From positions 5,615 through 69,614 of IMG/VR virus record IMGVR_UViG_3300044492_000149: a DNA stretch of 64,000 nt; one strand, written 5' to 3'. Every line of letters begins with the position of its first letter. Positions within the stretch are counted from its first letter, which is position 1. This stretch comes from a virus. Made by a program: the position numbers and the translations under genes. Below are positions 36,484-45,798 of the stretch, one piece after another. The notes beneath the pieces are model-generated. The model saw nothing but the letters and a program-made list of their open reading frames with translations, made no database searches and was not told the DNA's origin.

Positions 36484-37673
36484 CCATGACGATCTGGCTC
36501 TCCTGTGGTGGTTGCAGTGCCAACCAGCCTACCTACCTGCCGGCTTACCCGCCGTCCTGGGACTCTGGCATCACCCCGCCAGCAGCGCCTGCGCCCACGG
36601 TGACTGGGCTGATCCCGTCCTCGTTGCCATACGGCGGTCCTGCCGCATACCTGGAAGTGATCGGCACGGGCTTCGACGGCAGCTCTACGATCCTCTTGGA
36701 TGCCGTACCGGTGCCGACTGAGCGACTCGGCAGCACCAGGTTGCGGACTTTGATTCAACCCGATCTAGTAACTGCGGCGACGCCTGTGGTGGTAACAGTC
36801 CACAACGGTTCGGTGGCAGCCGTTGGCTCTAAGACGTTCAACTACACGGACCCGCCCACGATTGTGGTGACGCCCCACATCACGGGGGTCAATCCGACTG
36901 GCATGGAAACCGACGACCCAGACACCACAGTGCACATCATGGGCACTGGCTTCACCGACACCACGGAGGTCTACGTCAACGGCACGCCGGTCGAGACCAC
37001 CCACGTCTCTGACACTGAGCTAACCTACGTGGCTTTGGGTGATTCCGTTGGCGCCCACACGGTCACGGTTGGGGCACCGACGATGCGCTCTGGTAGTGCT
37101 GTCTTTACGGTGACAGCGCCAGCGGCACCGGCACTCACGCTCACGGATTTGATTCCACGGACTGCAGTGGATGGCACGCCGACGCAAGTTAGGATCATCG
37201 GCACTGGCTTCACACCAGCCACAACGGTGACGGCAAGCCTGGAGCCGATTGCCGCTACTTTCGTGTCAGACACCGAACTGACTTATCTGGCACCGACCAG
37301 CGGTACCGGGATTTTCGCCATCGAAGTCCAAGAAAGTGGTGCCAGGGCCGGGCCGATCTCGTTCATCGTGAGTGCGCCGCCGGCACCAGCCGCACCTGTC
37401 GTCACATCGATGACGCCGAACACAGTTAGCAGAGCAGAGCCACCGGCGACGATCACGCTCATCGGCACTGGATTTACATCTGACTGTGTCGTGCTTTGCG
37501 ATACCAAAACGCCGCCTGAATATGGCGGCACTTACGTCGATGCTACAACTGTCACGTTCGTTGTAACGCCGGCAACTGACACTTGGCTACTGGGTTCCAA
37601 CAACATCAGCGTCCGCAACGGTCCCACGGGAAGTCCGCAATCTAGCGCGTTTGTCCTCACGGTTGTTGGTTAG
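36480..37673 (+). CDS. Protein with four IPT/TIG-like domains
   Basis: Repeated P.VT...P...I.GTGF...T.VSDTELT units. Confidence 0.8.
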   Translation: MTMTIWLSCGGCSANQPTYLPAYPPSWDSGITPPAAPAPTVTGLIPSSLPYGGPAAYLEVIGTGFDGSSTILLDAVPVPTERLGSTRLRTLIQPDLVTAATPVVVTVHNGSVAAVGSKTFNYTDPPTIVVTPHITGVNPTGMETDDPDTTVHIMGTGFTDTTEVYVNGTPVETTHVSDTELTYVALGDSVGAHTVTVGAPTMRSGSAVFTVTAPAAPALTLTDLIPRTAVDGTPTQVRIIGTGFTPATTVTASLEPIAATFVSDTELTYLAPTSGTGIFAIEVQESGARAGPISFIVSAPPAPAAPVVTSMTPNTVSRAEPPATITLIGTGFTSDCVVLCDTKTPPEYGGTYVDATTVTFVVTPATDTWLLGSNNISVRNGPTGSPQSSAFVLTVVG

Positions 37674-37677
37674 ACCG

Positions 37678-37845
37678 ATGATCGACGTCTCGGAGCTGCG
37701 CAAGCGCGAGATCGCGGACCAGTTCGCTGATCTGGTGCGTGACAGCGTTTCGGTATTCGAGGCGGCTGACATCTTGGCCACTAAGTACGGTATGTCGCGG
37801 CCGGAGATCCTCGCGATCGTCAAGGAGATCAAAGGGAGCTTATGA
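37678..37845 (+). CDS. Hypothetical protein (possible HTH)
   Basis: LATKYGMSRPEILAIV. Confidence 0.5.
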   Translation: MIDVSELRKREIADQFADLVRDSVSVFEAADILATKYGMSRPEILAIVKEIKGSL

Positions 37846-37846
37846 C

Positions 37847-38023
37847 ATGGGCGCAAACATCTGGTTCTGGATCATCTACGTTCTCACGCTGGTGTTCGGA
37901 GTTTGGGGCATGAACCCTTGGAGGCCGGCCAATCAGCCGTGGGCACCATTCGGCGGCTGGCTGATCCTGTTCATTCTGGTTGGCATCCTCGGCATCGCGG
38001 TATTTGGCTCTCCAATACGGTAG
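37847..38023 (+). CDS. Small membrane protein (two TM)
   Basis: IWFWIIYVLTLVFG and WLILFILVGILGIAVFG; GGAG RBS. Confidence 0.65.
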   Translation: MGANIWFWIIYVLTLVFGVWGMNPWRPANQPWAPFGGWLILFILVGILGIAVFGSPIR

Positions 38024-38123
38024 CCGAGTGAGCCGTTTCCCGGCCCTGCCGGGAGGCGTCCCGCCCATCAATATCTGCCGCGACTCGGCCGGCGAACGCT
38101 GTTGATACTCAAACTGGTTCTAC

Positions 38124-38306
38124 TCAAACCCCGGGCACTCCCGCCTGGGGTTCTTTTTTGTCCTTTTCAAGGTGCTGCCACCCTATCGAAACGAGCTCAA
38201 GCGAGGGGGCGCGTTTGCCGTAGTTCGTTTCGGTCCACCATCGTTGCTTGAATTTTATCGGCAGGTGCTGCCATTCTTCGTGAGTGAACACCGGCTCGTA
38301 GGTCAA
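38124..38306 (-). CDS. Hypothetical protein
   Basis: ORF in the contiguous minus-strand cluster. Confidence 0.5.
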   Translation of the reverse strand: MTYEPVFTHEEWQHLPIKFKQRWWTETNYGKRAPSLELVSIGWQHLEKDKKEPQAGVPGV

Positions 38307-38309
38307 GAC

Positions 38310-38660
38310 TCACTCCTTGAACCTGTGCATGATCCCGGCCACGTTCGCCAGCGCCGCCTCGGCCGCCTCCAGTCTCCGGCGCAGCTGCTCGACGTAGTCA
38401 TCCAACGGCATCTGCGTGATCGCGCGCAGCCGCTCAGTCTCGGCGCGCAGTCGCTCAATCTCAGCACAATAGTGCTTATGTCGAATTTCGTGGCGAGCCT
38501 CAATCTCTCGCACATGAATTGCGTGTTGCTCACCGTCGATACCAAATAACTCGCGCAGCCGCTCAATCTCGTCGGCGGCCTCGTTCAGCATTGGCGCAAT
38601 CTCCGTGGTGTGTGCGTTGGGATGGGTATAGGCGCGCAACTGCTCAATAATGTCTGTCAT
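38310..38660 (-). CDS. Coiled-coil hypothetical protein (AADEIERLR type)
   Basis: MTDIIEQLRA start with GAGG RBS; repeated EIERLR. Confidence 0.65.
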   Translation of the reverse strand: MTDIIEQLRAYTHPNAHTTEIAPMLNEAADEIERLRELFGIDGEQHAIHVREIEARHEIRHKHYCAEIERLRAETERLRAITQMPLDDYVEQLRRRLEAAEAALANVAGIMHRFKE

Positions 38661-38748
38661 GGTTTCCTCTACCGCATCAACAGCCACGCAATGGCGGTAC
38701 CGACGGCAAGATAAATAAAGACGGCGATGACCAGTATTTCGATCCAGC

Positions 38749-38880
38749 TCATTGGCTCAGCTTCTTGACGGTGCGCATGATGGCGTGACGCATCCGACGG
38801 TGGCACTGATCCTCGCGCATCACTTGCGCCAGCAGGCGCAATAGAACGCGAAGCTCATGGCGTAATTCGCGCTTGGTCAT
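38749..38880 (-). CDS. Small basic hypothetical protein (43 aa)
   Basis: Hand translation MTKRELRHELRVLL...; overlaps adjacent stop/start. Confidence 0.4.
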   Translation of the reverse strand: MTKRELRHELRVLLRLLAQVMREDQCHRRMRHAIMRTVKKLSQ

Positions 38881-39158
38881 TAGCTCGCCCTATGGAAAAC
38901 TAGCTTGCCGTTTTCCTCCGACACCGTACCAGTGACCTTGCCGCTGGGATCGCGGACGATGCGACTGCCGTCTTCCAGCAGCTCGACCATGCCGACCAGC
39001 TCACCCTTGGCATCGCGCAAATAGATCATGTTGCCAAGCTTGGTGGCGGTGCCGGCTTTGACACCGTCGCTGGTCATGACGTCGGTAGTTTCAGGCATCT
39101 GTGCCGCCGCAACCGACGTCATTGCGATCAGGGCGATCACGCTTACAAGATTTCTCAT
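38880..39158 (-). CDS. Putative exported protein
   Basis: Signal peptide; repeated RD.KG / RDPSGK hairpins. Confidence 0.65.
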   Translation of the reverse strand: MRNLVSVIALIAMTSVAAAQMPETTDVMTSDGVKAGTATKLGNMIYLRDAKGELVGMVELLEDGSRIVRDPSGKVTGTVSEENGKLVFHRAS

Positions 39159-39451
39159 TCTCGGTGCTCCTCTCGTCGTTTCATCAATAGTTCTCGTAAC
39201 CGCTTGATCTCAGCGGTATCAAATTTGCGTAGTTCGCGGCAGGTATCCAACGCATCTTGCAGCCGCTGAATTTCAGCAAGCAGATCGACGTTCCTCTGCC
39301 GGACGTCTTCCCACTGCTTGCGCTGCTGCTCGACCTCAGAACGAAGAGCTAAAACCTCGGCCTCGGCGCTCTTGGCTATCGAGCGATATAGTTTGCCACC
39401 AGTGTTACGGCCATTGTCCATTTGTTCGGCGGCCTCATCTTTGTCAGTCAT
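39155..39451 (-). CDS. Coiled-coil hypothetical protein
   Basis: AEIQRLQ / AEIKRLR heptads; GGAGG RBS. Confidence 0.6.
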   Translation of the reverse strand: MTDKDEAAEQMDNGRNTGGKLYRSIAKSAEAEVLALRSEVEQQRKQWEDVRQRNVDLLAEIQRLQDALDTCRELRKFDTAEIKRLRELLMKRREEHRE

Positions 39452-39645
39452 GCTTGTCTTCCTCCCGGCCCCCTCAACGATACGGTCCCCATGACCGGAT
39501 CAGCGATATTCGCCACCCCCATTTCCGCGACGGAGGGAACGTGATCTGCCACCAGTTTGGTCCGCGCGTTAACAGACGGCTGGTGTGACCCTGGTATCCA
39601 AAAATCAATCGCATTTGACTCTCCTGTTCTTACGGGGTTGGAGCT

Positions 39646-39984
39646 TTAGAGCACGCCGACGAACCGACCGTGGCATTCATACGAACAGAAGGCATAGTTG
39701 CCTTCTATGTCGGCATCGTCCTCGCTCATCGACTTCCCGCAGTTCGAGCACTCGATTGTCCCGTCAAACTCGACGTATTCGCCAATACCGCGCGACGGAA
39801 ACTGATCCTTGGTCGGATCAACGATTTCCCCGTTCGGACGCTTGGCCCACCAATGAGGTTGTTCACCCCACATCGGACAATGATAGTGACCTTGGACAAG
39901 GGTTAGGCTGGGGTCGGCGGCTATCAGTGCCTCGGACATCTCCTTGCACTTGCCGCGATACCGTTCGTAGTCTGTGGTTGTCAT
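39646..39984 (-). CDS. Hypothetical protein with C-terminal zinc finger
   Basis: PHWW..DPT..QF and CSNCG...FCSYEC. Confidence 0.7.
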   Translation of the reverse strand: MTTTDYERYRGKCKEMSEALIAADPSLTLVQGHYHCPMWGEQPHWWAKRPNGEIVDPTKDQFPSRGIGEYVEFDGTIECSNCGKSMSEDDADIEGNYAFCSYECHGRFVGVL

Positions 39985-40060
39985 GACCCACCCTCCCACT
40001 TGGCGCGGTATAATGCCTCCTTTAGCCTCAACTGGGCGCGCAGCCGCTCAACAATGTCTG

Positions 40061-40261
40061 TCATAGCCACGTGAACCTTTTCGCCTTAGCGACTTCCTCA
40101 GGCATCGTCCAGTTGCCTTGGGCGGTCTGCCGCACGACGCTCTTCCGAACCCAGGCCTTGACGTCGCCGTGAACCAGGCAGACGGCAGCGTCTGTCTCCT
40201 TCACGACTAGGGCCACCACCTCTACTTGCCGGCCGGGGGACCGTTTCACTGCCATGACCAT
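40061..40261 (-). CDS. Hypothetical protein
   Basis: ETDAAV...AWVRKS...MPEEVAKAK, a common small phage family pattern. Confidence 0.65.
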   Translation of the reverse strand: MVMAVKRSPGRQVEVVALVVKETDAAVCLVHGDVKAWVRKSVVRQTAQGNWTMPEEVAKAKRFTWL

Positions 40262-40264
40262 AAC

Positions 40265-40801
40265 CTAAGCTCCTGTCATCGAGTCGAATATCTCTTTAGC
40301 TGAATGGGGTTTGACGATGTTGATGTTCGTCCGGATCTCGTGCCACTGACCATCCTCGCAGAATGGCGGGGCGAGCAGCAGGAACGCGTCTCGGGAGCCA
40401 GTCCGAACAAGGGTACCTATACCGTCCTGCGCCCGTCGGGCCACCCACTCGCGAAGGGCGGAGTCTCTATGGGCCTCCGGGTACCGCGGGTCGATCCAGA
40501 CCTGGACGACCGTCATGTTTTTCTTAGTCCCCGTGGCGTTGTCTTCCATCGTGATGAAGTCTGGCAGAATGTCGAGGACGTAGTGGGACCGATCGGGCCG
40601 CGACAGATCCGAAGCGTCGTCGTTGATCAACCAACGGCAGTTCCAGAGGCCACACTCGACGGGGAACTCCGCCGTGTGATAGACCGTGCAGCCCTTGTGG
40701 AATTTCTGGAACCTGCAGGTCGTGTTGGCCGGCTTGTCGATCCCGTTCACGGGCAAAAGCTTGCAGCACAGTTGACAGTCGCCACAGTACCGGCGAGTCA
40801 T
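40265..40801 (-). CDS. CxxCxxCC cysteine-cluster (YkgJ-like) protein
   Basis: CGDCQLCC...C...GCTVY...P.EC...CRWL. Confidence 0.75.
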   Translation of the reverse strand: MTRRYCGDCQLCCKLLPVNGIDKPANTTCRFQKFHKGCTVYHTAEFPVECGLWNCRWLINDDASDLSRPDRSHYVLDILPDFITMEDNATGTKKNMTVVQVWIDPRYPEAHRDSALREWVARRAQDGIGTLVRTGSRDAFLLLAPPFCEDGQWHEIRTNINIVKPHSAKEIFDSMTGA

Positions 40802-41037
40802 TTCGGTTCTCCAACGCTGATGGCAACGACGGGGTGGACTTGACCTTTGATGTGCAAGTGGACAGGCATGCCAGCGTTGAGTCGTTTCAGTTCTGTCTCA
40901 GTCGGTATCCAGGCTGATATCATCCAGCCGTCCCGGTCCAGGATCTCCAGCGTGTGGCAGATCCCGAGCTCCTCATGGTCCCATTCCACGGGAGCGCCAA
41001 GACGACGCGTGTGGCCTTCTAAGGGCGAGGCTTTCAT
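40798..41037 (-). CDS. Hypothetical protein
   Basis: LGAPVEWD...SAWIPT..EL..LNAG motif; ATGA overlaps. Confidence 0.7.
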   Translation of the reverse strand: MKASPLEGHTRRLGAPVEWDHEELGICHTLEILDRDGWMISAWIPTETELKRLNAGMPVHLHIKGQVHPVVAISVGEPK

Positions 41038-41312
41038 GCTGTCCCCTTCATTTCCGGCTGACCTTCGAAGCGGGCGATCATCTCTTTCATCAGCACCACG
41101 ACGTCTTTGCGGTCAGCACCATTGGAGATGTAGTTGCAGCGTGTATCGCCCGCGTTGAATTCCTCATACGGAAACACCATCAGCACAAAGCCAGTCTTGC
41201 GCGCTTTGCCTTTGACCTCGCCATTGAAGATGACGTCAAGATGTCGCGCCACCTCATTCATCATCTTGTAGTATTCTGGCTGGATCGGTTGATCGCCCAA
41301 GCGCTCAGTCAT
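41034..41312 (-). CDS. Hypothetical protein
   Basis: GFVLMVFP...RCNYISNGADRKD motif; ATGA overlaps. Confidence 0.7.
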   Translation of the reverse strand: MTERLGDQPIQPEYYKMMNEVARHLDVIFNGEVKGKARKTGFVLMVFPYEEFNAGDTRCNYISNGADRKDVVVLMKEMIARFEGQPEMKGTA

Positions 41313-41695
41313 CGGTTGCATCTCCAGGATTTGCCGCCATTGATGTAGTACCGACCTTTGCCGCGGCAAATGTCGTGCTGCCGAGCCTCGCGCTGCCGGG
41401 TCCGTTTCTTCTTGACTGGTGTCGACACGGGTGTCGACACCGGTTCAGGCTCTTCGACGATCGCCACGGTCTCGATAGGTTTAATAGATTCAACAGGTTT
41501 GGGTCTGACGATTTCGATGGTCCTGATGGCCGTCGCCGGTTTCCACTGATCGTTGAACGTAAGAGGAGCCACGACCTCAGGTTTCTTGGTTGGTATTGCC
41601 CGGTCCGTTTTCTTCGCAGCTGGAGAACCCTGGCTCAGGACCAGGATCACCAGAGCGATGACCAGAAAGGTCTTCTTGATCTGCAGAAGCGTCAT
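41309..41695 (-). CDS. Putative exported / membrane-anchored protein
   Basis: Hydrophobic N-terminus; C-terminal DIC...GGKSWRC. Confidence 0.6.
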   Translation of the reverse strand: MTLLQIKKTFLVIALVILVLSQGSPAAKKTDRAIPTKKPEVVAPLTFNDQWKPATAIRTIEIVRPKPVESIKPIETVAIVEEPEPVSTPVSTPVKKKRTRQREARQHDICRGKGRYYINGGKSWRCNR

Positions 41696-42069
41696 GCGGG
41701 GTACAGGCCAATGTAGCACGTGCCGCTCGACGAGAGCTGGGGCGTGATGTAGTGCTTGCCTTGCTTGCACATGAAGTACAGATCACCTTTGTTATCGACC
41801 TGCAATTCCTGCCGGTCGCCGATGCTGCAATCGAACCCGCCGTCGAGCTCGACGACGACCCCGGGCTTAGCCTCAGCCGCCAATAGGTAAACGCGGCCGT
41901 TTACGTCCGAGAGGGACTTTTCCTCGGTCTCCCAGCGGCGGGAGAAGTTCAAGAGCCAGACCCGTTGGTCCAGGGTCAGGTTGTCGTCGAACAGATGCTC
42001 ATCGGCAGATCCCAGGTTGAGCCCCTGGGCCTCGTTCCACTCTTTGTATTCCTCGATCAATTTTTCCAT
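41692..42069 (-). CDS. Hypothetical protein
   Basis: GAGG RBS; DGGFDC...C..GKH motif. Confidence 0.6.
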   Translation of the reverse strand: MEKLIEEYKEWNEAQGLNLGSADEHLFDDNLTLDQRVWLLNFSRRWETEEKSLSDVNGRVYLLAAEAKPGVVVELDGGFDCSIGDRQELQVDNKGDLYFMCKQGKHYITPQLSSSGTCYIGLYPA

Positions 42070-42130
42070 GACAGGTCCTCGTTTGAAAAAGCCCACCAGG
42101 GACGCAATACCTTGCCCGGTGGGGGTGGTC

Positions 42131-42529
42131 TCAGCTGGCCTCAGGCACGGGTGCTGGGCGGAGGGGTGTAACCCTATGGTCCGAGGGGTTTTGCGCGCTC
42201 CTGAACGCCCTGTGGGCAAAGCTCGGGGACTGTGGCGGCAGGAACTCCGTCAGCAGCTGGGCCAGGCTAAGGATCAGGGTCTCGTAGGCCACCCGGGCCG
42301 CATCAGATTTCCGAGCAGTTTCCTCGGCCCGGACCAGCCGCTCCTGAGTATCGTGGGAGGTCAGGCGCAGATGGTCAAGTTCCATCGTGGTCATCTTGAG
42401 CTCTTCCTTGATCGCCTCCAGCTCCTGCCGGCGGGCTTCTGAGAGCTCGACCACAGCCCGGTGGGCGGCCGTCGCAGCTTCGATCTGGCGGATGGAGTCG
42501 TCAGACAGGTTCGGGTGGTTTTCGTTCAT
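42131..42529 (-). CDS. Coiled-coil hypothetical protein
   Basis: ATGA overlap with polymerase stop. Confidence 0.6.
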   Translation of the reverse strand: MNENHPNLSDDSIRQIEAATAAHRAVVELSEARRQELEAIKEELKMTTMELDHLRLTSHDTQERLVRAEETARKSDAARVAYETLILSLAQLLTEFLPPQSPSFAHRAFRSAQNPSDHRVTPLRPAPVPEAS

Positions 42530-44355
42530 TCCGTGTTTCCCCAATTCTTTCCAATGCCAATGTCGACTTTCAACGGGACCGTCAGGGCCACGCAAGTCTC
42601 CATGATGTGGCCAACTTCCTTGATGGCCTCCCGCCCAGCTTTACCGGGCGGAATACTGAAGTCGAGTTCGTCATGAACCGTCAGGTGTGGCACGCCCAAA
42701 ACGTCACATACCCCTGACTCGACGGTGTCGACCATAGCTTTTTTCATGATATCAGCCGCGCTGCCCTGGATGCGGGCGTTCAAGGCTTTGTGCAAGAAAG
42801 CCCGCTGCGATCCAGGGAACCGGTGCGGCAGGACTAGATAATCGCCGTTCGGCTGACGTTTACCCCACATGTTAAAACGGCGCTTGCGGTTCATGAGGGT
42901 GCTAACCTCGGCCGCGGCGTTAGCCATGTTTGACATGAGCTGGGCCAGGGGCCGGATGAATGGCGCTTTGCTGTGGTACTTCAACAAGAGGGCCTCAGCC
43001 TGCGGCCGTGACAGCTTCAGCTGCATAGCCAGCTTGTCGACGCCTTCGCCGTAGGCCAGGCCGAAGTTGATCGTTTTGGCGCTCTGCCGCTCCAGGCCCG
43101 TCATGTCAGCTACGACTTCGTGGAAGTCCGTCGTCGGGTCTGTGGAGTAGCGATGCACCACTTCGTCCGCCCCGCGGAGGCCCGCCGAGGCTGCGTCGTG
43201 GACGATCAGGCGATACTCGATCTGGCTGAAGTCGAGCTTGCCCCACTTCTGGCCGGGGTCTGAGAGGAACGCTGCTCGGACTTTCTTAGACTCTTCGGTT
43301 CGCGTCGGGATGAATTGCAGATTCGGCAGACTCGAGGAGAACCTGCCCGTGACGGTGCCGCCTTCCTCAGACTTCAGCTGGTTGAACTGGGAGTGGACAC
43401 GACCTTCGTGATGGCCCTCGAGAATGCATCCCTGCAGGAAAGTGCCCCGCATCTTGTCTAGCCAGCGAGCCCGTCGGAGGTTCGCGGCAAAGGGATGGTC
43501 CACCAGATCCAAAGACGTCGCCGTGAACGAAGGCTTCTTCGTCTTTGGCGTCAGGGGGTACTTCAGGCCCAAGTGATTGAAGACTTTGGCGATCGACTCG
43601 GCCGCCCAGACTTGGACGTCGATCCCTGTGTCGCGCTTCATGTTCGTCAGTAGACCGTTGTACTCGGTCTCGTACATCTGGTCAAGGGCTTCGGTAGCTT
43701 TCAGATCGACCCGAACGCCGCGGAGATGCATGCGGGCCAACAGCTCAACCAGTTTGCTCTCCATCAGGAACAGGTCCCAGAGATTTTGCTTCTCCAATTC
43801 CTTTCGTTGCAACGGGAAGATCCGCAGGGGCAGGTCCACGTCGCCTATAGCATAAGGGCCAACGATTTCAGGAGGGGCGCGCCAGATGTTGTTGCGGGGG
43901 TTCTTCTTGCCGAAGTTCTGAACCAGGAAGTCGTCGAGCTCCTTGCCCTTTTTGCCGGTGTTGAGATACTGCAGGCTGATGCGGTCCAGGGAAAACGTGT
44001 ATTGGTTCTCGTCCAGTAGGGGTTCGGCGACCTGAACGTCGTAGAACGGCCCGACGAAGGGGACTCCAGCTTTGATCAGGAACCCTAAGTCGTAGACCAG
44101 CCGAGCACCGATCTTGGGAACGGGCAGCTTCAGTTGCTGGCCCAACCACTTCAGGACTTTCTTGCGATCCATGTTCTCGCCGGCTTCGTGGGCGATCGGC
44201 AGGTAAGCCCGGAAACCTGCCTCAGTCCCTATGGCCACACCGCAAATGAAGCCGCCCCGGTGAGGACCAGGGCCGCGGGTCTTTAGATCCACGTCGCAAG
44301 TCTCGAGGTCGATGCCGATCGCCCCTTGACCTTTCAGCGAGTCAGGTAATTCCAT
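42526..44355 (-). CDS. polA: DNA polymerase family A with 3'-5' exonuclease
   Basis: DLET exo I, TVTGRFSS..PNLQ, DFSQIEYR motif A, AKTINFGLAYG motif B, TVHDEL motif C. Confidence 0.96.
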   Translation of the reverse strand: MELPDSLKGQGAIGIDLETCDVDLKTRGPGPHRGGFICGVAIGTEAGFRAYLPIAHEAGENMDRKKVLKWLGQQLKLPVPKIGARLVYDLGFLIKAGVPFVGPFYDVQVAEPLLDENQYTFSLDRISLQYLNTGKKGKELDDFLVQNFGKKNPRNNIWRAPPEIVGPYAIGDVDLPLRIFPLQRKELEKQNLWDLFLMESKLVELLARMHLRGVRVDLKATEALDQMYETEYNGLLTNMKRDTGIDVQVWAAESIAKVFNHLGLKYPLTPKTKKPSFTATSLDLVDHPFAANLRRARWLDKMRGTFLQGCILEGHHEGRVHSQFNQLKSEEGGTVTGRFSSSLPNLQFIPTRTEESKKVRAAFLSDPGQKWGKLDFSQIEYRLIVHDAASAGLRGADEVVHRYSTDPTTDFHEVVADMTGLERQSAKTINFGLAYGEGVDKLAMQLKLSRPQAEALLLKYHSKAPFIRPLAQLMSNMANAAAEVSTLMNRKRRFNMWGKRQPNGDYLVLPHRFPGSQRAFLHKALNARIQGSAADIMKKAMVDTVESGVCDVLGVPHLTVHDELDFSIPPGKAGREAIKEVGHIMETCVALTVPLKVDIGIGKNWGNTE

Positions 44356-44462
44356 GGCGGTGACCCTACCCTCGTAGTTTGTTGAAGTAAACTAGTTTAC
44401 GGTTTACAATGTACCACAAATTGATTATTTCACATCGGATGTGAATGAAGGAGCAAAGAGAT

Positions 44463-44663
44463 ATGTCACGAGCGATCAAGATCCTCGCAAAGGAGAACCC
44501 CCATCGTAAGGCGTCAGCGTCTTACCGGTTCTTTGCGACGGCCCAGAAGTCTAAGGACGTGGAATCGTACCTGAAGAAGTTTCGCGACGAAAAGGACCGC
44601 CGCAACGCTCAGCTGTATCTGTCGATCAGCCGCCGGAAGGGCCACGTCAAAATCGCTGCCTGA
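44463..44663 (+). CDS. Small basic putative DNA-binding protein
   Basis: AAGGAG upstream; divergent from polymerase; followed by terminator. Confidence 0.65.
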   Translation: MSRAIKILAKENPHRKASASYRFFATAQKSKDVESYLKKFRDEKDRRNAQLYLSISRRKGHVKIAA

Positions 44664-44685
44664 TACCGCCGCGCCCTGCCGGGTG

Positions 44686-44717
44686 AAAGAGGTCCGCTTC
44701 GGCGGGCCTCTTTTTTT
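44686..44717 (+). terminator. Rho-independent terminator
   Basis: AAAGAGGTCCGC-TTCG-GCGGGCCTC-TTTTTTT. Confidence 0.9.
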
Positions 44718-44762
44718 GTGACCAAATTATTTTTGCATCTTTTTTAGTTCTACCCGTAAAAA

Positions 44763-44806
44763 GGGGTTTACAAATCTAGTAGTTCCTTTACAACCTTACC
44801 TGTAAG
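44763..44806 (+). promoter_or_regulatory. Putative early promoter with palindromic operator
   Basis: GGGG-TTTACA-N16-TACAAC then CTTACctGTAAG. Confidence 0.6.
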
Positions 44807-44829
44807 AACAGATCCTCAGGAGATTTCAG

Positions 44830-45798
44830 ATGGCTTCCGTCCTTCGAGAGCTACAGGCGCAGTGGAACTCCCTGGTCCCGATGGCCCAGGCCCGTGGCAT
44901 CAAGCGGGTCAAGCTGCTGGGCCAGGGCGACGTCCTGCGGGCTCCTCTCGAGCCGATCGCCTACCGACGGGCGAAGCTGGAATGGCTGCAGGCCCTTCTG
45001 GGCGGCACCAGCATGGCAGGCCTCGAAGGCGTGCAGTTCGGCGTCGAGATTGAAGTCATCCTGCCTCGGGGCGTGTCCAAGTCCAACGCGGCGGCCCAGA
45101 TCGCAGCCGCCGGCGTCCCCTGCCAGGAAGAGCTTTACGGCCACAGCGTGCCGCGGGGTCAGTGGAAGGTGGTGACCGATGGTTCCCTCGGCTACGCCCA
45201 GGGCGCTGAGTTCGTTTCCCCGCCCATGCGTGGCGAAGAAGGGTTCCGCCAGATGGAAACCGTCTGCCAGGTGCTGACCCGGATGGGCGCCAAGATCACG
45301 AGCAAGTGCGGCTTCCACGTCCACATCGACGTGGGTTCTGAGCCCGTCGATTTTTTCAAGAACTTGATCCGCCTGTACACTTCGGCAGAAAGACCCTTAG
45401 ACACCGTGATGCCCATGTCCCGCCGCGGTACCACCAACCCCTATTGCTACCCCCTGCGGATCGACCAGAACGCCCTGACCGCGGCCACGACCGTGAACAG
45501 CGTCATCCGGGCGATCGGCCAGAACCCTGACGTGCCGCGCAGCAGCACCCGGTTCCGGAAGATCAACCTGCAGTCGTTCAAGGCCTACGGCACGGTCGAA
45601 TTTCGCCACCACGGCGGCACCTGCGATGCTCAGAAGGCGTCCCACTGGGTGCGGCTGTGCATGCGGATGGTCCTGACCGCCCGGGCGGGAGAAAAAACCG
45701 TCACCACCCTCGAGGACCTGCTTGACACCGTCGGTTCCAACGAACTCGAGAAATCTTACTTCCAGGGCCGCCGGCAGTATTTTGGAAACAGGCCATGA
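44830..45798 (+). CDS. Putative amidoligase (COOH-NH2 ligase, Amidoligase_2-like)
   Basis: FGVEIE, WKVVTDGS, EFVSPP, CGFHVH, INLQS, TVEFRH motifs. Confidence 0.9.
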   Translation: MASVLRELQAQWNSLVPMAQARGIKRVKLLGQGDVLRAPLEPIAYRRAKLEWLQALLGGTSMAGLEGVQFGVEIEVILPRGVSKSNAAAQIAAAGVPCQEELYGHSVPRGQWKVVTDGSLGYAQGAEFVSPPMRGEEGFRQMETVCQVLTRMGAKITSKCGFHVHIDVGSEPVDFFKNLIRLYTSAERPLDTVMPMSRRGTTNPYCYPLRIDQNALTAATTVNSVIRAIGQNPDVPRSSTRFRKINLQSFKAYGTVEFRHHGGTCDAQKASHWVRLCMRMVLTARAGEKTVTTLEDLLDTVGSNELEKSYFQGRRQYFGNRP

